Positions 37,696-49,809 are shown, counted from the first letter of the whole stretch. The stretch: DNA of 63,779 bases, filler included, from Hausera hauseri (GCA_046269625.1; 11 parts of 11 records of this genome joined end to end with filler, not necessarily neighbours in it); one strand, 5' to 3'. Notes: generated by a model from the letters alone, not told the origin. Translations and numbers: made by a program.

Positions 37696-38246
37696 AAAAT
37701 GATCATCATTCTCCAAAATCAGCAAATTAACTACAGAACCATTCGGATTTTTTGTACGATACAAAATGTCAACGAATGGATTTTTTACTATGTCCTCATC
37801 AAAATCCACATCATCTTCCTCATTAATCAAAAAAACATTAATTGACAACTGTGGATTCTGTCTCTCAAATTTGCCTGTTACATATTTTCATCGGCATATC
37901 ATCCAATGAATATTTTAGTTCACTTAAGAAAGGAGTGTAATAGCTTACTCTATTTCTATTCCTGAGTTTCAAATTCAGAATATTTGATTACAGCCAAAAT
38001 AGAGTACAGAAAGCAGAAGTTGTCTTCATTCTGGACGTTAACAACGGCCATTGCATTTTTTAAAGTGTCAAGTGTTGGAATATAAGACTTACCAGACAAG
38101 TAGGGTAGTGGGCTTGTTTTTACCACGTGAAAGCAGTTTTTCAGAATCTTAACTATTTTCCACCCACTACCCATTTCAGCAAAATTCTCAATTTTCTCCT
38201 GTAAACTATCGACTGCAGATTGTGGAAAAGATTGTTCATAAGGCAC
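37696..38246 (-). pseudogene. N-terminal region of a Maverick protein-primed PolB, truncated at the terminal repeat
   Basis: FAEMGSGW, GKSYIPT, AVVNVQNEDNFCFLYSILA, FERQNPQLSINVF, VNLLILENDDHFH. Confidence 0.8.
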
Positions 38247-38249
38247 GGT

Positions 38250-38440
38250 TCGATGAGAAATATTCCTCAGTATACCATATTATCCTCATATAACCCCTAA
38301 TAATTCCTCATCATCTTGGTATATTCCCTATATAATCCTTATTATTTTGGTATATTCCCTCTCATATATTCCCTCAGTATTCCTCATATATCCCCTCTTA
38401 ATTCCTCATAATCATATATTCCCTCACTAGTTCCCTCTAA
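38250..38440. repeat. Low-complexity (TATTCCTCA-like) repeat
   Basis: Repeated TATTCC(C)TC / ATCCTC motifs. Confidence 0.6.
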
Positions 38441-38599
38441 TGGTTGTGTAAACTGTTGTCAACACGATGCATTGTCAGCATTTTTGTTTTAATGCATCAA
38501 TTACATGCACATATTTTGATTAATTAAAAGTCAATGTAAAAGTATGAATCTATGATTATGTGTTGTTAACATACTATATTTTTGTTTTAATGCATCAAT

Positions 38600-40402
38600 T
38601 ACATAAATTTCTCCGCGCCAAATTAAAAATTTCATCAAGGTTTTCATATATGGGAAATCTCGTCAGATTCTTTGAATAATGCACACTTGATCGATAATTA
38701 TTCGATTTTCTAATAATTTATTCGAATATCAGACATCAGATTCAGATTTTCCATATATGGTTTCCTATCTGTTTACGCTTAAAGATTTATGGATTCTTGC
38801 ACCTTTCACCTTGAAAATTAAGTTAATTTATGTGCACACACACATACTTGTGAATTTCTCAGTGTTATTTTACTAGGTAAAGATTCATTGAACAAGGTCC
38901 ATTTTATTTTTGAAAAAGTTTCAGCAGATGTAGAATCAAATAAAATTATCAGACTCTTCGAATAATGCATGCTTGATCGAATATTTGAGTTCGAATCGAT
39001 AATTATTCGAAATTGAATAATTTTTTCGATCATCGGATATCAGATTCAGATTCTCCGTATATGCTTTCCTATCCATCTGCGCGTAAAGATTTACTAATTT
39101 CAATGTGCTTTACCTTCAAAATCACCTTTTAAAATGTATAAATTAATTAAAACAAAACAAGCTACGTTTAATTTATTTATTGCATAAGTTAAACATTTTT
39201 GACAAAACCTTGTTTTATTCGACAATGGTGTACTGCACCGCGTCAATTTCGATTACCTTATAGGTTTTCGCATATGGGGAATCGAATGCCGTCATTAGAT
39301 TCTTCGAATGTTGTATTCTTGATCGAGTTTTGGAGTTTGAATAGCTATTTATTCAAGTATGAATAATGTTTTTGATCATATAATATCAGATTCGCATTCT
39401 ACACATATGCTTTCCTATCCATGTACGCTTAACGATTTACCGATTTCACCGTGCTTCACCTTCAAAATCAACTCAATTGCTTAATCAATATAAGAATGAC
39501 TTTGCATTTAACAAGAACTTTTAGCATATTTGAAAAACTTTGTTTTTATATACCAAAAATGCACTGAACCGCACTAATCTTGATTGCCATATAAATTTTC
39601 GACCATGTGAATTTGAATGCCGTCATTAGATTCCTCGAATAATGCATTCTTGACTGAGTTTTCGAGTTCGAATAGCCAAGTATTCGACTTGTAAGCTCGA
39701 TTTCGAATATCTCGTGTCATATTCCCAATCGACATACATGACTTCCTATCCAGCCCCGCTATTAGATTTATCGATTTTCGCTTTACTGCGCTTTAAATGC
39801 ACATTTTGCTTATTACGAAATATTGATTTTATGCCTACATAGTACATTTTCATTGCATATTTTTTTGCACCTGGGGGTTTTCCAATATGAGGAATCGACT
39901 CCCGCTGTTAAATTTTTCGAATAGTTCGAACTTCAATATTCGAGTTCGAAAATCTTTGAATTTCGAGTTTTCGAGTACAGATTTGAGTTCGCCATGGGCG
40001 ATTTTCTATCTGTGCTCGCTCAATGTTAGATCGAATTTTGCTTCCCTAGGCTTAAAAAACATCAAAAATATAGCCAATTTGCACTTTCTATCGATATTAA
40101 TCAATAACTAATCAATAAATTTAAATTCTTACTGCACACTCATATACTACATCATGTTTCCTTCCGATTGCACCCGGTCCATAGTTCTAATCATCTATAT
40201 TGGAAATATCGGAAATTCGATATTATTGATTTTTGCACACTTGCACACATGTTTTGCACTGCACCCCACATATCAAGGTCCATCTCGATGTGCCATATCC
40301 ACCTGCAATTGACTCCGATCAATTCCATCATCGTTACGCTGCACAATGACCAAAATATGAAAAGTGAAAAAGTGCCCTGACAACCGTATCCAAGTGCACA
40401 CC
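38600..40402 (+). repeat. Third copy of the ~300-bp tandem-repeat non-coding element (compare 10525-13812)
   Basis: Same units (TCATTAGATTCTTCGAATAATGC, TTTCCTATC...GATTTA.CGATTT) near 38649, 38930, 39274, 39604, 39887. Confidence 0.75.
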
Positions 40403-40569
40403 NNNNNNNNNNNNNNNNNNNNNNNNNNNNNNNNNNNNNNNNNNNNTTAATTAATTAANNNNNNNNNNNNNNNNNNNNNNNNNNNNNNNNNNNNNNNNNN
40501 NNGAGTATTACAGCAAACAAAAGATTAAAGAAGCAATGCTTTTTGTCAAACTAATGCCTGCCTGACAAG

Positions 40570-41303
40570 TTTATGAGAATACTTATGTCTGGGAAAATCC
40601 TAATATGGAAAAATACGTTGCCCCGATATTTCAGTTCAAAAGAAACGGTAAAATCTTAGTCCATGTGGATAAGTCAGTCAAGCTGTTGCTAAAGAAACAG
40701 TACCAAAAATACAAATCGACGGGTGAAGTTCCCCATTTAGATCGAGATACTATCAGCGATTGGACCCTAATAGCTGTGGGATGCGACCCTAAGAAAAGCT
40801 CGATAAATCCAAAGCAGAAAAGAATATACGCTTACTTATATCATGATGGAGAAGGGTTAATAATGGAGCCTATTGAGATTTTGCTGAGAGTGGATCTTGA
40901 TGACAAAAATTGGGCGAAAGAGGAGAAAGAATGCCCCGTATGTGAGGCGAACCTGAAGCAAGGATATGTAGTGTTAAACAACCCGGATTCTCGACATAAA
41001 TATTGCAGAGACTGCTTAGAAAAATGGACAATAGATAACGGATAAAGCACATGTCCAGTATGTCGAGCTGAAGCTGCAGACCTAAAGTACTACTTGAACG
41101 GTAGTTATACTAAAATAGTTAGGATCAAACCCTACCACAGTTATGAATTGGAGCCGAATCCCAGAGAAAGCCAACCTAGTACCAGTTCGAGACCCAGTCT
41201 GAGACAACGAATGGAATTATTACGAAGGCCCCGTCATCGCGGCACCTCACCTGACGCAATTGACACATTCGAGGATGCCGTTAAGGGAGGAGAAATGTCG
41301 TAA
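40570..41303 (+). pseudogene. C-terminal half of the gypsy accessory ORF with RING-HC finger, ending inside the PPT/LTR
   Basis: WTLIAVGCDPKKSSINP (matches 17323-17589); CPVCEANLKQGYVVLNNPDSRHKYCRDCLEKWTIDNG*STCPVCRAE; ...TSPDAIDTFEDAVKGGEMS*. Confidence 0.8.
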
Positions 41304-42085
41304 ATAGTCTCAAATAGAGTTGTATAAAGTCACGAATAGCGTCAATAGAATCTGTATAAATATTTAATCAGCAATGTAGTGAATTATGTACGGTTACAAT
41401 TATAAAGATAGAAGAAATTGTACATTATTGATGAGAATTCGAAATTTGTATTGTATTGATTCAAGTTAACAAAGAAGAGAAAATGAATTATTTAGTAAAC
41501 TAATTTTTTAGTAAACTACTTTTTTAGTAAACTAATTTTTTAGTAAACTAATTTTTACTGAAACGTAAAACAACTAAATAGAAAATGATGTCAGATGAAT
41601 AAATGATGACAACTGAAAGTATAAAAGGGAGAGTTTGATAAATGAGAAGAGATTTTTTTGAAGTTTTCCAGCGACTATAGTGAAGCTAATTGAAACCGCA
41701 AAATCATTCGAAGAGTATCATTGAGATAGACATTTGATTACATTGACATTGTGATACGCTCGATATTGTACTAGAGAAGCGGTAATTGTTTATTTGAATA
41801 TATTTTGTTTGTGTAAATTCTTTATAGTTTCCTTCACCCCTTAAGGGTGATTAGACATCAATAAGATTAAAATCAGTACTTAAAATAAATAGTTAATAGA
41901 GAGACATTATTAAATTTTATTGCAAAGGACCGCAAGCATTATCCAGCAAAGAAATTTATAAAATCGATAAGGTACATTCAGTCTATCCGATAACGGTAGA
42001 CCGAGCCACATAGCAAATAAACTTCAAGTGAAATTTACTGTTATATAGTGGGAGACGAATAGGGGCCACCCCAATATATATAACA
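41296..42085 (+). repeat. LTR (TGTCG...TAACA) preceded by PPT AAGGGAGGAGAAA (41283-41295); contains 4 x ~16-bp TTTAGTAAACTA repeat (41491-41556)
   Basis: PPT-TG start and CA-PBS end. Confidence 0.88.
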
Positions 42086-42087
42086 TT

Positions 42088-42105
42088 TGGCGACCCTAGC
42101 AGGAC
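42088..42105 (+). promoter_or_regulatory. Primer-binding site complementary to a tRNA 3' end (Arg type)
   Basis: TGGCGACCCTAGCAGGAC; resembles the TGGCGACC tRNA-Arg PBS of 412/mdg1-type elements. Confidence 0.8.
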
Positions 42106-42464
42106 AGTCTGTACCTTGCTAGACTTTACTTATCAGAGTTAATTAATTACATATCGGCAAACAGCGCCATTCACATCAATTAATTAGATATTTGGAAAAT
42201 AAAATCGATTTGGGATAAATAATTCAGAAATTGTTTGAGAACAAACATTGATAAGTCGAAAATAAATCATATATTAAAAGACAATTCACCTATACGTGAG
42301 ACACGTCGTAATATATATATAGAGATACAGAAAAAGTAGATAAACGTTTAAATTCCGAGAATAGAATTAAACTAGACGTTGTCGCGCACAATAAACAGTT
42401 TAAAATTCCGCTTTAGAAACCTAAAATAACTAAAGCTAATTTAGAGCTAAATAATATAAATAAA

Positions 42465-44612
42465 ATGGCAGCAGACAATCCACTAATAGCGCAGAAGCTA
42501 GACATTTTCACGTTCGACTCTCTAAACCTGCCGAAATATGACGGAGACACAGATGGGCTTAATGAATTCTTGAGGACTTATAAATTGCACGAAAAAGTGC
42601 TAGCCTCACTCCTGAAGTAATGATTAAACGATTGTCGTTATATTTGAAAAACTTAGCCACTGGTGCTTATAGTGAGCTCACAAACGATGAGAAGAAATTT
42701 TGTTCCTCCCTGGTAAGAGCGATAAATCGCAAACTGTTGCCAACCGTAACGCCGCAACAAAAGTTTATGGCATTTCAGGACCGAGTACAGCAAAAGGGTG
42801 AATCAGTAACCCAATTCGCATTTGCGTTGAAGAAGTTTGCTAATAGTTATATTAGTACATTGAAGATCGCCAACGTAGCTAAAGCTAAAACAGATGCAGA
42901 ACGTGACGTCGCAGAGAAGGCCTCACCACCAGATTTAGATGTTATGATGACGACGCAACAAATAAATCGTATTTGGTCGCGAGACGTAGTTAAACAATTG
43001 ATTTTGGCTAGACCTAAAAATTTTGAAGGAACGTTACGACTAGCTCAAGATTTAGAAATGGTGCTAAATAGATACGCCAGACAACGATAGAAACGACAGG
43101 AATAATGATCGAAATGACCGGAATGATAGAAATCGTAATGCTAATCGTAGAAGAGACGACAGACGATTTTCGGGTAACAGAAATTATGGAAATAGAAATA
43201 ATAATGGCGGTTACAGAAATGGCAGAGGTAGTAATTATACAAATACGAACAGATCAGACTCTAACTGGAATAGGAATAGAGGAAATTATAAAGGCTCAAA
43301 CTACTCGAATCAAAACGGTGATAACCGGAATAACGATAATAGGCGAAATGCCGACAATGCGCAAAGTTTGCCAAACCAGTATAATAAGGGTATAAATAGA
43401 TCTAAGTCACCAGTGAACGAAGACGGTCGACAGAGAGTCGGCAGAAATGGGAATTTGGTTTGTTTTACTTGCGGTAAAGAAGGACACATTTCAAGGTCAT
43501 GTCCAAATCCGCGTAGCTTTTCATTTAGTGAACCAAATAAGACTAATATGATTAGAATCCATGAGAATCTAGAAGCAAAGTATGTCGTTCGCGGAGACAC
43601 AAGCACTACCGTTGATATAGAAGATTTGCGAAAATTCCTAGATGCTCAGCCGGATACCACTAACTTACAAATTCTGATGGCTAGAAAAGAATTACGGAGA
43701 TAAGTTGAGACTTCTAGAAGTATATCACGGTTTAGCCGAACCAGAAACGGAATATAAACGGGCAATAGCACCTCAACGAAGTGATATGACACGGAAAAAG
43801 GGTGTTCTGACGAGTAATAAGCCATGTGATAAACCAAGCACATCGACGGCAGTCGACTTAGACGTAGAACGTAAGTTTACAGTCGAAAAAGTAGCTACGC
43901 TTACTGAGGACGATGCAGCAGAAAAAGAGTTTATGGAGCCACTATTACTTAAAATTACGAAAAATTGAGGCCGTAGCCCTTCTCTAAAAACGAAACGAAG
44001 AAATTGTTCACGCTCCAAAATAACTAGAGAGAAAATTGAAAAAACAGAAAACCCAAACGTCGTTGTAGGAGGCGACACAGACCATAATTTGAATATATCA
44101 GAGATTGGTTCATTCACACCTGTCGGAACAGCGGAGTCTATAGAGTCGATTAACGAAATTAACGAAATTTGCCCACTTTCCATTAGTGTAGAAGAAACAA
44201 CGAATATTGACAATTTCGATCTTAAGAAGTGAAAAGTCCGACATTCATGGAAAAACGCCAATGAATTAAGGAAACTGAGAAATAAACGCGATGGACAGGA
44301 AATATTACAGTGTGACTTAGAAAGGCTTCAACAGATTTGCGAACAAGTAAACATATCCGGAAAAGAACAACAATTCGCAGAGAAATTATATAAAAGTTTG
44401 AAACTGCGTAGCAAAGGAAAGTTTGCGGAAGCAATTGATATAGAACAACCCGAAGAGGTACCGACCAAAAGGTTGTTAAAGTGGAAACAGGAATTATAAT
44501 CATAAATTAAAAGCGGAATAGAATTTTTAGAAGGATGGAATAAAAATGAAGACAGAGTCGACGTAAAAGTCACTAAAGCTCAGACATTACTATCTACTTT
44601 AGAAGCAAACCC
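42465..44612 (+). pseudogene. gag: gag (capsid, N/R/G-rich linker, CCHC knuckle) plus a >1.1-kb coding-like extension without protease
   Basis: MAADNP..LPKYDGD; RVQQKGESVTQFAFALKK; CFTCGKEGHISRSC (43461-43502); then an acidic, low-complexity reading frame up to the spacer. Confidence 0.85.
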
Positions 44613-44713
44613 NNNNNNNNNNNNNNNNNNNNNNNNNNNNNNNNNNNNNNNNNNNNTTAATTAATTAANNNNNNNNNNNNNNNNNNNNNNNNNNNNNNNN
44701 NNNNNNNNNNNNA

Positions 44714-45438
44714 GGAGAAGTCCTATTAACTTATGAATGCGAAAAAAGAGACGTTCCGATCAACGTAGAAAAAAAAGATGCATGTAAAAATTTCGGGTCA
44801 CTTATGAGAATATTCCGAGACTAGCGATGCCGCTCACCAGAGTATTATTGGCAAACTCAGCCGAATGAACAATACTTAAGGAATGCAAAACAAGCCTACG
44901 TGAACCTATGCTCCGACGTAGCGGAACCGATTGGATACGTTTACCTAATGGAAGCACTGCTGCAGTCCCTAGTAAGCTAACTGGAACAAATCTAATCAAA
45001 GGATTATCAAAAGACAAGTTCGAGGACACGGCCAATAAAGGAATTTATAAACCAAAAGACATAGAAACTTTTAGGCAATTCTTAGTATTTCCGCGACAAA
45101 GAACTTATGAACTGAATCGGGCCATGTCAATGGTCATGGACGACACCCGCTTTCAAGCAAAATGGAAATCGATACTGGGTGTTAATCACTATCAAAGAGT
45201 AACTTCAGAAATATTGTATAAGATTTGGAGAAGATTTCTAATTTTCGGACAAGCTGCATCTGGATTCCTAGCTATCTACTTTTTAGTCCAATTAATTAAA
45301 TCAGTAAATCAAGCCGTTATAAACGGATATAAAATATTCACATTAACAGGATTTTCCTGCAAAATTTGGACTGCAATTATCACACCCTTTGGAAAAATAC
45401 TTAAGGCCTACGAAGAAAATCGGTGGAAAGTGACGTAG
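44714..45438 (+). pseudogene. C-terminal third of a chuvirus-like (class III) envelope glycoprotein, located upstream of pol
   Basis: GEVLLTYECEKRDVPINVE..CM*KFRVTYEN....PLTRVL...C....P......W..LP......P..L...GIYKPKDI...FLVFP...IWRRFLIFGQAASGFLAIYFLVQLIK....INGYKIFTLTGFSCKIWTAI. This follows my recalled chuvirus G pattern; not run against a database. Confidence 0.72.
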
Positions 45439-45977
45439 AACGCCACGTCGGATACTATAATCGCAAACGACGAGTGAGGCCCTCGATTCTGTATAAACGT
45501 AAAGACAAGAAAACAATAACATGAAAGGATGATTCAGATGATGACGAGCCTAAGTGGGGAGAAGCGAATTCCAGAATAAAGATGCGCAAGATGTACTCAC
45601 TGATTAACGCCCCATTACCCATCATACCACCAACCGCACCAGTATACGAAGACTGCGACCGAAAATAGGTTATGTCATACAAGTCTAAAATATACCGTAA
45701 GCCCATCGATTATGAAGATTCTTATGAAAGAACGAAACAATATCGAGTTCTACGGAAAATGAACGTTATTGACCAAGGAATAACAAAAAGCGACCACGGA
45801 ATATTATACTCGAAAAGAATACCTCATCACATAGAGTCGGAATCAACCATCTGGGAGAACCCGAAACTGTGTTTGATTCTGGGACCACTGCCTCAAAAAC
45901 TGCTCATCGACAGTCGTGTCAATAAAATGGCGAATAATAATTTATACCCGAGCGGAAATTTAAGACAATTAATATAA

Positions 45978-48900
45978 AATATTGTTTCAACGATAAACGG
46001 ACACCGAGTCTCTACTATAAAACAGTCAAAGATAGCGTCAAAATGCCTCGGGACAGTAGCAGAAGGAAGACCTTTTGCAAAGTATACATTGAAGACTGGG
46101 AAGTATATGCCTTAATCGACACAGGATCAGAAAAGTCGTTTATAAAATAAGAATTAATACTAACCACACTGCAGAACCAATTATGCTCACGATTATCATC
46201 GGACACTGGTAGCATAGAAGCATTTGGACAAATGTCGAAGCCGAAATTTAAGTGGACTCCTACCGTTTATATGATGGGCCAAGAACTTCAACACGAATTT
46301 ACGATAATGGACCAGTTAACAGACGATGTAGTATTGGGTTACGACATATTGAAACAGATACCAGGCATGGCAATCGATGTGCATAATGGAAAATTACTCG
46401 AACTCGGACCAGTTAAAGGAACAAAGATAATAAAGAAAAGGAAACCGGGCGAAGTATAGATCCCGGTAGACGAAGACATTCCGCCCAGAACCGAAAGGAT
46501 AATTTTTGCACGGATGCGTCGAGACGAAGATCTGCCCGTATATTTTAAACTTTAAGAGAATATCAATCCAAAACTCATGTTTAGCAATATCCTATGTAGA
46601 GTAGCCACGGGACGTATACCTATCAGATTAGTGAACAATGCAACAACCCCCGTAAAATTGTAAACTAACATTACTTTAAATCACACTTGCAGAGTATCGT
46701 CAGTAACAATAGAAGAAAAACCATACAAGTGCGCTGAATTTCCACCTCACGTCAAAACCAAATTCTCTCCAGAGGCGTATTCAAGTTCTACGAATTACTA
46801 TGTAAATACCGTTCAATAATCGCACAAAACGAAGAAGACATAGGTAGAGCAAAAGCCCTGAGATTAAGAATTACACTAAGGAAAAAACCCGGATCGAATG
46901 ACGAAATCGATCTAGAAGAACAGAAAATTTCCAAATGGTACCCACCTCCCCATTCATTGAGACCAGAAATAACTAAAGATTAAAACGACTGTTAAAGGCC
47001 GATATAAATAAACCATGCTACCGATCATGGTACTCACCTATACTTATTGTTAAAAAGAAAGGAACCACGAAACATCGATTTTGTATAGATTATTTGGCAT
47101 TAAACACGCTTGTGATGAAAGATTCGTTTCTCATACCATCGGTAAAGGAAGCTTTTGATGGACTATCAGGACTGAAATGGTTTACCACTCTCAACTTACA
47201 ATCGGGATATTGGCAAGTGGAAATCGAAGAAGAAGGTCGATATAAAGCACCGTTTAAAACACATGATGACGTATACGAATTTAATATCATGCCTTTCGGC
47301 ATCACCACAGGATCAGCTATTTTTACTAGAATGATGAATAAGATGCTCATGGGGCTTGATTATGCTTTCGCATATTTAGACGACGTAATGATAGCATCAA
47401 AATATAGGACGAACACTTAAAGGACATTGACGATACACTCGTGCGACTGGAACAAGCAGGGTTGAAATTAAATCCAAAGAAATGCAAATGGGCGCAGAAC
47501 GCAATATCGTACCTCGGACATATAGTTGGAGAAGGACGATGAAAACCGGATAAATCCCTGCTAAATCAAATATCTCATTGTATGGAACTGCAGAATCAAA
47601 AAGAGTTAAGATATTGGTTAGGTCTATGTAGGTATTATGCCACTTACGTGCCAGACAATTCGAAAATTAACGCACCACTATACCGCCTACTGAAAAAAGG
47701 AACTAAATGGAGATGGACGGCAGTGGAACAAGAAGAATTCGGCGAAAATGAAGAAAATTTTGACAAGCGAAACAGTTCTAAGATACCCTGATTTTATCCT
47801 ACCATTCATCATTAAAACAGATGCAAGTAAAGAAGGTATAGGATACGAATTAGCTGAGAAACAAGAAGATGAAGAACTAGAGCATCCAATAGCCTATGGA
47901 AGACGCTCGTTAAACAAAGCAGAAAAGAATTATTCGGTTACCGAATTAAAAACGCTAGCCGTAAAGGAAGCACTATGACACTTTAATGTCTATGTCTATG
48001 GACAAAAGATTATAATAGTGACCGATCACAAAGCAGTTACGACATTGAAAGGACAAGTTTATAACTCAACATGTAGATTAAACCGTTGGATCGAGGAGAT
48101 CTCACTATATAACATTGAATTCCAATACAAACCATGTAATAAACACGTCGACGCTGACGCGCTGTCAAGGTTAAGAACAAAAACCAGTGGGATTACCACG
48201 ATGAAGAAAACGCAACTCGAACAAATAATTGAACTTCAAAGGACGCTAACCTTGGATAAAACGATCAAGATCACAATAGAGCATGCTAAAGATAAGGTTA
48301 TTCAGCAAATTATTGAGTTCGCTCAAAATGACAAAATACCCAAAGGACGGCAACTGAAGAAGCATCTACAGAAACACGGACATAAATATCGCGCATCGAA
48401 CCAAGATAATATCCTATATTACGAACGAAAAGGGAGAAAACTAATAGTCATTCCAAAAGGATTACGCATCAAAGTACTCATGGCTGAACACGATTCATAT
48501 TTAGCCGGACACATGTCTTGGAAAAAGACAATGGAAAGCATATTAAATAAATACTATTGGCCAGACATTTATATCGATGTAAAGAATTGGGTAGGTGCTT
48601 GCGAAGTTTTTGCGACCAAACAAAAGAAAATGAAAGGCTACGTAGCAGAATTAAAACCCATAAGTGTACCAGATAGGCCTATGCAAGCTATGTCTATGGA
48701 TGTAGTGGGACCCTTGCCTAAAACTCATAAAAATAACAGATATATTCTAACATGCGTGGATCGATTAACGCATTACGTCAAATTGGTGGCATTATTAGAT
48801 TAAAAGGCAGAAACTTTAGCAGACTCAGTGGTAAGGAAAATTATCTGCAGATACGGACCACTAGAATAAATCTTGACGGATAGAGGGAAGAACTTCACGA

Positions 48901-49560
48901 GCGAATTATTTGAAAAAATTACCAAGATAGTCTAAATCGAACGTTTAACCACTACCGCATACCAACCTCAATGTAACGAAATTGTCGAACGAATGAACTC
49001 AACAGTTATTCGTTTAATATCAACAGTAGTGGCAAAAGACCAAAAGGATTGGGACGAATTCCTAGAAGGGACACAGTTCGCAATCAATACGACACCACAT
49101 CCAGCAACGGGATTTACACCGTTCTTTATGATGTATGGACCAGAGGCAATCTTACCCACAGATCTAGATATGACACCGTACGAAAAGGACCTCGAGGATC
49201 TCGAGCAAAACTTTGCCGCAGTGTTACAGACAAGATTGCAAAAGTGTTGGGAAGTTGCAAAAGCATTATCACTCGAATACCAGGAACAATATAGAAACAA
49301 TATGATAAAAAGACTAAGCCCCATGATCTGGAAAAAGGACACTGGGTTTATATACATTACCCAGTCGCGACGAAAGGTGCATCCTTGAAACTAACCGGTA
49401 CCGGAAGAGGACCATATGAAATCGTTCGCATAACGTCAACCACGGTCTATATTAACAAAAACGGTAAAAGGAAAGTCGTATCATTTCAAAGAGTAGTTAA
49501 AACAGATACAAGATCAGCTAAACGCTACAATTTAAGACAACGAGAAGCCAAGACCTCGTC
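45978..49560 (+). pseudogene. pol: pol of the complex gypsy (PR-RT-RNase H-IN)
   Basis: YALIDTGS; LGYDIL; LQSGYWQV, MPFGI, AYLDDV; KTDASKEGIG, NYSVTEL, TDHKA, HVDADALSR; EHDSYLAGH..C, SMDVVGPLP, TDRGKNF, GPYEI. Confidence 0.93.
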
Positions 49561-49809
49561 GATTGCTATCAGACCGGTATCTTACGCACATATAATTGTA
49601 GCCTTATCGTTGATTGCTGTCCTAACGCCTAAATCTAACGCCCAATGGTGGGTTGATGAAACTTCGTTGAGCGATATATATGGAATAAAAAAAATCTGGA
49701 TAAAATTTTCACTACCAAAAAGGTAACTCCCTAACACAAATCAGAACACAAAGACGAAAGGTTTTTACGAGCAATAAAATTAGATTATTTTTCACTAGAA
49801 GACCCATGT
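49561..49809 (+). pseudogene. Signal-peptide start of the integrase-fused membrane protein
   Basis: RYNLRQREAKTSSIAIRPVSYAHIIVALSLIAVLTPKSNAQWWVDETSLSDIYG, in frame with the integrase. Confidence 0.7.

Noticed and set aside
43773-44573. Minus-strand ORFs opposite gag/pol and Maverick genes (e.g. 43773-44261, 48968-49357, 3358-3699)
   Set aside because: Antisense shadows of coding sequence, with no independent motifs.
44580-44740. Apparent continuity of the gag contig into the glycoprotein/pol contig
   Set aside because: Separated by an artificial spacer, so not used as evidence. Linkage rests on homology through contig 15504-20834.
46460-46700. dUTPase-like stretch between PR and RT (IPPRTE...IRLVNNATTPVKL)
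   Set aside because: A similar degenerate linker is common in gypsy pol and I see no dUTPase catalytic motifs.
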